A DNA stretch of 63,804 bases, filler included, from Perkinsus chesapeaki ATCC PRA-425 (Eukaryota; Protista; Perkinsozoa), in the NCBI GenBank assembly GCA_013115145.1. It is 6 parts of 6 records of this genome, joined end to end, with 100 filler letters (N's around TTAATTAATTAA, not from the genome) between each part and the next. Parts side by side here need not be neighbours in the genome. Positions count along the whole stretch, not along the records: positions 57,111 to 59,563 come from JAAPAO010001600.1; positions 59,664 to 62,576 come from JAAPAO010001493.1; positions 62,677 to 63,804 come from JAAPAO010002178.1; 3 more parts are not named here. The stretch is one strand, 5' to 3'. The stretch's first letter is position 1, and every line of letters starts with the position of its first letter. The notes under the pieces are model-generated. The model made no database searches. It was not told the DNA's origin and was given only the letters and a program-made list of their open reading frames with translations. This document shows positions 58,107 through 63,804 of the stretch, in pieces. The position numbers and the translations under genes were made by a program.

Positions 58107-59563
58107 TGAACAGCCCAGTCCTGAATATTATGACATTTCATATCATATTTTCTCAGATGTATTTAGTCAACTCATGCTCAATGATGATATTTGCTCGCTG
58201 GTTGCATAGCATACAGCTTTTGAGCATTTTTCTCATTCAAAAACTCGAACCGTCTTGTCTTGTTTTCTTACAAGGACTTTGTGTTTATTCCTCAATTGGA
58301 GAGAACCAGAACCTTCAACTGCATGTATTGTAGGTTGTGAGTCGCAACTTGTGACACGTTTATGGTATACCTGGAATATACTAAGATGCATAGGGCACAG
58401 CAGGTGGCTGCGAACTCCCGAAGGGGACCTTCCACTGGAAGATTCCCAGTCGTGGAAAAAACGAATGGAATGCTGATCACGCATTTAAAATGAGCCATTT
58501 TCAATGTTCAACGTCAGACAGTCTAACTTAGGCTCGCTGATAATCAGTGATTACTAACAATAACGTGTGAAACTGAATCTTAAAGCGGTTGTTAGCTGAA
58601 CCCAGACCCCCGAGTCGGAGGCTCCGATGGTCTGAATTTGGAGGTAGTGTACAGCTGTTGCCGCTTCTTTTCCTAGTCCCTCCCAAATGAATTGTCAACA
58701 CAATTCTCCCTTATTTGGCGACCAAATCCGATCTTGCTCCTATCGAGTGTTAGTCTGTATAAACTGTCAACTTGCGGTGGGACCTCCTCCGGGTTGTGGG
58801 TTGGGTTAAAAGCCTCCACTTGAACGGCAACGCAGCTGGCTTGACCATCAGATCGTGCAAAGGATGCCCCGTCAAGGCATCGTCGGGGCTCGTCGAGGCC
58901 ATTCAGGTTCGACGAACTTGAAGTTATTCGTAGTGATTCAATATTGGTACCTTGTATTTCCTCAACGCTTTACGATCATAATACAAACTGTCGGGCACGG
59001 CCCCCGAACCTTTTCTGCACAACACTGCGTTTTCTTTCAAACTTCTAAAGTTTAACTTGAAGCCGATGACTTGGTCTGTGTTTGACATAAGGCCGGGTAG
59101 TTCTGAATGTATTACTGAACACTAGTGGCAGACAGTATAATAGGAATTCCAGCCTCTAGAGTCTAGACCCAGATAATCTTGAAGATTCGTCAATAAAGAA
59201 CGATCGTTCATTTGCGGGCCAGATGCACCACCCTACTTGTCGGTTTCAGGCACATCGAGAGTTCAGGCACGCGATTTCTTCACATGGTGATCAGCCGTAT
59301 CCCCCAAAAGCACAACTGGCACTGTATAAGATATCGCTATACCAGGGAAGAAAAGTGGGCGGCTTCTGGGCCAAAAGTTTCAGGAACAACTCGCTCGGAT
59401 TTTGAGTCGCGTGATAGACGAATCGCATTGCGATTCGCAGGAGCTCATCGGCACTGATTAGGTAACCCCAGTGGGGTTATCCCGTCACATGGGGAAGTGG
59501 CTTAAGTAGATCTTCAGCGAAGTACCGCTAAAACATGTAATTGTAAGATGATAGAGGTGGACC

Positions 59564-59663
59564 NNNNNNNNNNNNNNNNNNNNNNNNNNNNNNNNNNNNN
59601 NNNNNNNTTAATTAATTAANNNNNNNNNNNNNNNNNNNNNNNNNNNNNNNNNNNNNNNNNNNN
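59564..59663. other. Artificial contig joiner
   Basis: 44 N + TTAATTAATTAA + 44 N. Confidence 0.97.
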
Positions 59664-59665
59664 AC

Positions 59666-62545
59666 TCTCCCGGTGGCCAAGGCGACTGCAACCACTCGGA
59701 GAAAGATCCTACAACTAATTACTACGTCCACTACTCGTCAACTACTGCTACTACGGATTCTCCAACCCCACACAATGAAACTGATACTACTTATGAAGAA
59801 GCTTTGGACGTCGACACAGACTTCAACGACAACTTACCACCGTGGGATGTACTTATCCGTGAGTGGATTGACGATAATACTACGCCATTAGGACGAGCTT
59901 GTGTACGCGTACCTTGGCTGAGTGATGAACGCCCTCCCTACAACTTCAATAATGCTGCCAACAGAGGTGCGGCCTCTGTTAGACGACTTTCCTCTGATCA
60001 ACGACAAGCTTTTGAAACGGCGCTTAATGCTTACATCGACCGAGGCTTCTGCGCTATCGTCAAGGACAACGACGTAAATGGTAGATGTGATCCTCCTACG
60101 TTTACTGAGTGCCAGGCTGCGTGGGACACCATGTCGTACGGTACGTCTTTGGAAGGAACTGTTGTTATCAAGCCCTACCACTACACCCCTTCTCACACGG
60201 TGTTCCGCGACAACCATCCAACTACTCCATGTCGTATTGTCTTGGATTTTCGCACGCTGAACAAGTATGCCAGGCGTGGCGGTAAAACCCAAAACGACTT
60301 GCAAGGAGTACTACTACAGCTACGTAGTTTCAAGTTCTTCATCTCGGCTGACGTCAGCAAAGCCTTCTGTCAGATGAAGGCATCTCTCTACGACGTTGGT
60401 TACTCAAGCTATACGTGCATTGGCAACTACACGGTGTTATGGTCTAGCATTGCCTTCGGCAGCAACAACGCCCCATGCATGTTAGAGGCATGTAGTAATG
60501 ACGTCGTCACCGAGATCAATGACCTAACTACAGCTGTGAAGTCACGTCTTAGCTCTAGAAGAAGCGGCACGCTGATGGATCCACGTCTTCTATCCGACGA
60601 GCAGATCGAGAAGGCTCTGTTGAGACCCTCTGCGACTGGCGTCGACTACGTGCTAAGAGGACCTCTTATACCTCTCCGTGCACTACTCCTCAAGTATGTG
60701 GACGATCTCTACTTCGGCGGCAGAACCAAGGAGTCAGCACGTCATAGCTACGACTTCGGAACGCACATCTTCAACGGTCACGGCTTCAACTCCGACCCCT
60801 TGAAGAGCTTCTGCAACTGGCTGACTAATGACGTCGACGATGACAAGAAGAAGAAGAGTGTCTTGGGCTACGTGCTACGGCTAGATCTTGATAAGTTCTT
60901 CGCGGTCTACTCTGGTTACGTGCCCGATGATAACGTGACAAAACTCCAAGCGTGTGCTGCATTAGCATCTCTCTACGACCCCCTCGGCCTCTACGTGGAA
61001 CTAGATCTACAAGGGCGTCTACTCTGGCGGGAGATCTGTGCCCTGTACAAAGCCTGGGACGATCTGAAGGAAGAGTTGATACAACGCCTTAGGAGTTGGG
61101 TCACTACGTGCAGAGAAGTTACTACTACTATGGGGTTCGAGAGATACGTCGACCTAGAGCATTACCCCTTACTAGTATCATCAGATGCCTCTGGTGAATG
61201 TTGGGGTGTTGACGTCCGGTGTATCAGTGGAGAAGATACTACGACTAGAGTAATGGCCCGTGGTGGAGTTTTCCCCCAAACTCAGTCCAAGTGGAGTATC
61301 CCACGTAAAGAGCTGGTAGCTTTATACCATGCGCTCACGTGGATACGTTCTACATCACTCTACCTACCGGTCACTACTTGCCTACGTCCCCACCAAGCTG
61401 TGCTCGACCCTCTTGCACCTCACTTTCCAGCACGTCAAGTAACTCAACTCTGTGACAGTGAGATTACATTGTATCGACTTCGACGGCCCGGACGTGATAA
61501 CAAGCTACCGATAGTTGAACGACGCCGACTAAAAGCTATCCGAGAGATGTGTCGAGAGTTGGACGTTGTCATTAAACACATACCTTCTGAGCTTAACTAT
61601 GCCGACTCTGTGTCACGTGCTCAGTTCAATGAAGGTTCTATAAGTGGCACGGCAGTACTCAAAGCAGCTATGGTCAGTAACGTTACCTACGACTATAGGG
61701 AGGTTAAAGAAGAGGTTACTACTGAAGACGAGGACTTCAACCACAACGACCCTATATCTGCCACCTCACTGTCGACCAACTCTCCCGTGGCTAACGCCAC
61801 GACCATACCAGCGACTAACGCTCCCGTGGCTAACGCCACGAAGAACTCACCTACTGTCAAGGGCAACTACAAGAAGAACACTGAAACTACTTCATCAACC
61901 AAGGCAAACGTCACGATGCTCAACGAGGATGGTATCGACCTCCCTGATCTCGACAGTCTTAATCCCGACGAGCAAGGAGAGTTAAGGTTATTAGCACGTT
62001 ATGCTAAACCAGTAGAAGAAGTGGAAGAAGAACTACAGCACGACGGTAACTATGACACCACATTAATGGCTTGCCTACTACGTGCACAGACACTTGATAA
62101 AGACTTACGTGACTTCAACGACTTGCTTGAGAAGAAGGTCACTACTAATGAACTAGGAGCCAAAGGTGTTAAGCTGCGAAGGCTTGCACGCATATGCTAC
62201 CTGGATGAGACCGGCTTGATACGACGACATCCTAGTCCTGAGCGATTACGCAAGGTCGAGGAAGACGTCAATGGAGTTGTTTACCTGGGTAATAACTCCT
62301 ATACCACGGCCCTCATCAAACTACTGGCTGTGATCTACCACTACAAGCACATGCACTTAGGTGCTAGACGTGTCTGCAACCTACTACAACGACGGTTTTA
62401 CTGTAAACGAATGACTCGACTGGTATCATCAAGTTTAAGGTCCTGTACATCGTGCACGAAGGCACGTGCTACTAGACAGTTCAACTGGGTGAGTATCATA
62501 TCTTACAGTGCAAGCTGGTACATAGCCAAACTCGTACGCAGTTAA
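59666..62545 (+). mobile_element. LTR retrotransposon pol (Bel/Pao-like): RT, RNase H and integrase zinc finger; 5'-partial, integrase core absent
   Basis: Frame open from the contig edge. RT: CRIVLDFRTLN, ADVSKAFCQM, IAFGSNNAP, YVDDL. Pao-type ASLYDPLGL; RNase H SDAS, SIPRKEL, CDSE, ELNYADSVSR; HHCC HYKHMH...CTSC. Confidence 0.9.
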
Positions 62546-62576
62546 ACTGGTACAAACTTATTTCGTACAGCATAAA

Positions 62577-62676
62577 NNNNNNNNNNNNNNNNNNNNNNNN
62601 NNNNNNNNNNNNNNNNNNNNTTAATTAATTAANNNNNNNNNNNNNNNNNNNNNNNNNNNNNNNNNNNNNNNNNNNN
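62577..62676. other. Artificial contig joiner
   Basis: 44 N + TTAATTAATTAA + 44 N. Confidence 0.97.
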
Positions 62677-62993
62677 CCTACTGGTGCTGCTCCCCGGGCT
62701 GCGGTTGCTCCCTAACTTAATCTCACATTTCGGACCCTAGCTCGATGACGCAACCTGAGATATTGTATTGTTGGAGACCTACGGCTACATGAGACTGTCC
62801 TCGTATGTCTTCTGTTACGACTTAGAATTCCTAGCTCCTCGGACGACTCGTATTTGTAACAGGCACCGTGTAGACATGGCTCCGCGCGAAAGTCGTTCCA
62901 TGCGCCATACTCCTGCCAGTATGATCGGAGCGTGGCGCTATGCACCTACAACTCGGGATTTCAGGCACTGTTTTGTAGCCTACTCAATTTACA

Positions 62994-63206
62994 ATGTACC
63001 CAATTTTCTTTTATGTCTTCTTTCTACTGGTATTGCCAGGAGCGTCTGGAGATCATTTTCTATATTGCTTGGCCTGCAACTTGTGCGTCCTTCATCCGGA
63101 AATAGAGAAGAGTGACTTTTGCCAATTTGTAGAAAACAAGTGCGGTATGGGTACTTCTGACCACCCCTGTCTGTGCTGCGATGGGGTTGAAGAGAAGGTA
63201 TTCTGA
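62994..63206 (+). CDS. Small secreted cysteine-rich peptide (8 Cys)
   Basis: Signal peptide MYPIFFYVFFLLVLPGASG, then CLACNLC...C...C...CLCC; 70 aa. Confidence 0.5.
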   Translation: MYPIFFYVFFLLVLPGASGDHFLYCLACNLCVLHPEIEKSDFCQFVENKCGMGTSDHPCLCCDGVEEKVF

Positions 63207-63804
63207 GAACGACTACGATGCCATCCTACCATCAGCCTAGAACTTGGTGATCATTGCTGTGTAGGATTCCATCCATCAGCGGCCAGTTACCTTGAGTTCT
63301 CTATTGCGTACAGTTCTGTTGCTACATTTATACAGGTCATCCGATTGATCTATTTCTGTCGTAGCTCTTCTGTTGTGGTATACGCATATACAATTCTGCC
63401 CCTAGGCTTATTCTGTGCTGTTTCGTTAGCACAGTTCTATCGACCATCGCAACAATCATCCAGCATTCCCGCGCGAAGAGTATAGTAAGGCTTATATTGC
63501 GTCTTCTTTGAGTTAATGGTAGTGTTGTATGTGTTGTAGCCTCTGTAATCAGTTGCCATAGTATTGATCAATTATCATACCAGTATTTTCGATCTCAGTG
63601 AGGTTAAGGTATTAGCTCAATTGAATTGACCTTTGGTGGATTGGATAGATATGGTTGCTATAGTCTCTATGGATAGGCTAATGGTAGTGTTGTAAGCTGA
63701 TTCTCCTTGTTATAGTCATTAGATTCGTTGATAAGTTATTAGATAATCATCAGTAGTGACGTAAAGTCATAGAACGCGTAGCCTCTCGGCCCTGGCCGGA
63801 GTGT

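Overview
This is a eukaryotic, intron-rich protist sequence, most consistent with Perkinsus (Alveolata). That assignment is inferred from short GT-AG introns, lineage-typical small Cys-rich secreted proteins and the retroelement type. The window is not one locus. Five artificial 100-nt joiners (44 N + TTAATTAATTAA + 44 N) split it into six independent pieces: 1-19182, 19283-42621, 42722-57010, 57111-59563, 59664-62576 and 62677-63804. Most of the supplied ORF track is exon fragments or shadow frames. Splicing by hand recovers these genes: an FkbM-like methyltransferase, a ~7.6 kb TPS-TPP trehalose gene, a GAPDH 3' end, ITPK1, two multi-KH RNA-binding proteins, a signal-peptide GNAT, an EHD/dynamin-like GTPase, a SENP8-like protease, a PGAP4-like glycosyltransferase, a helical-repeat protein, a mitochondrial-type DEAD-box helicase, HAT1, a T7-like mitochondrial RNA polymerase and several small secreted proteins. 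Mobile DNA includes a Bel/Pao pol and decayed Tc1-like, Harbinger Myb/SANT-like and integrase remnants. The most unusual signals are non-coding: tRNA-like (A-box/B-box) sequence filling whole spliceosomal introns, a CATACCGCT motif at branch-point distance from acceptors, an 18-mer TTACGGTTTTTCTATCAG at gene boundaries, an intronic GCTTCGCTCCGC 12-mer, and several near-perfect palindromes with a 1-nt centre. No rRNA, intact tRNA or CRISPR array is supported. Exon boundaries were read by eye and need RNA-seq confirmation.
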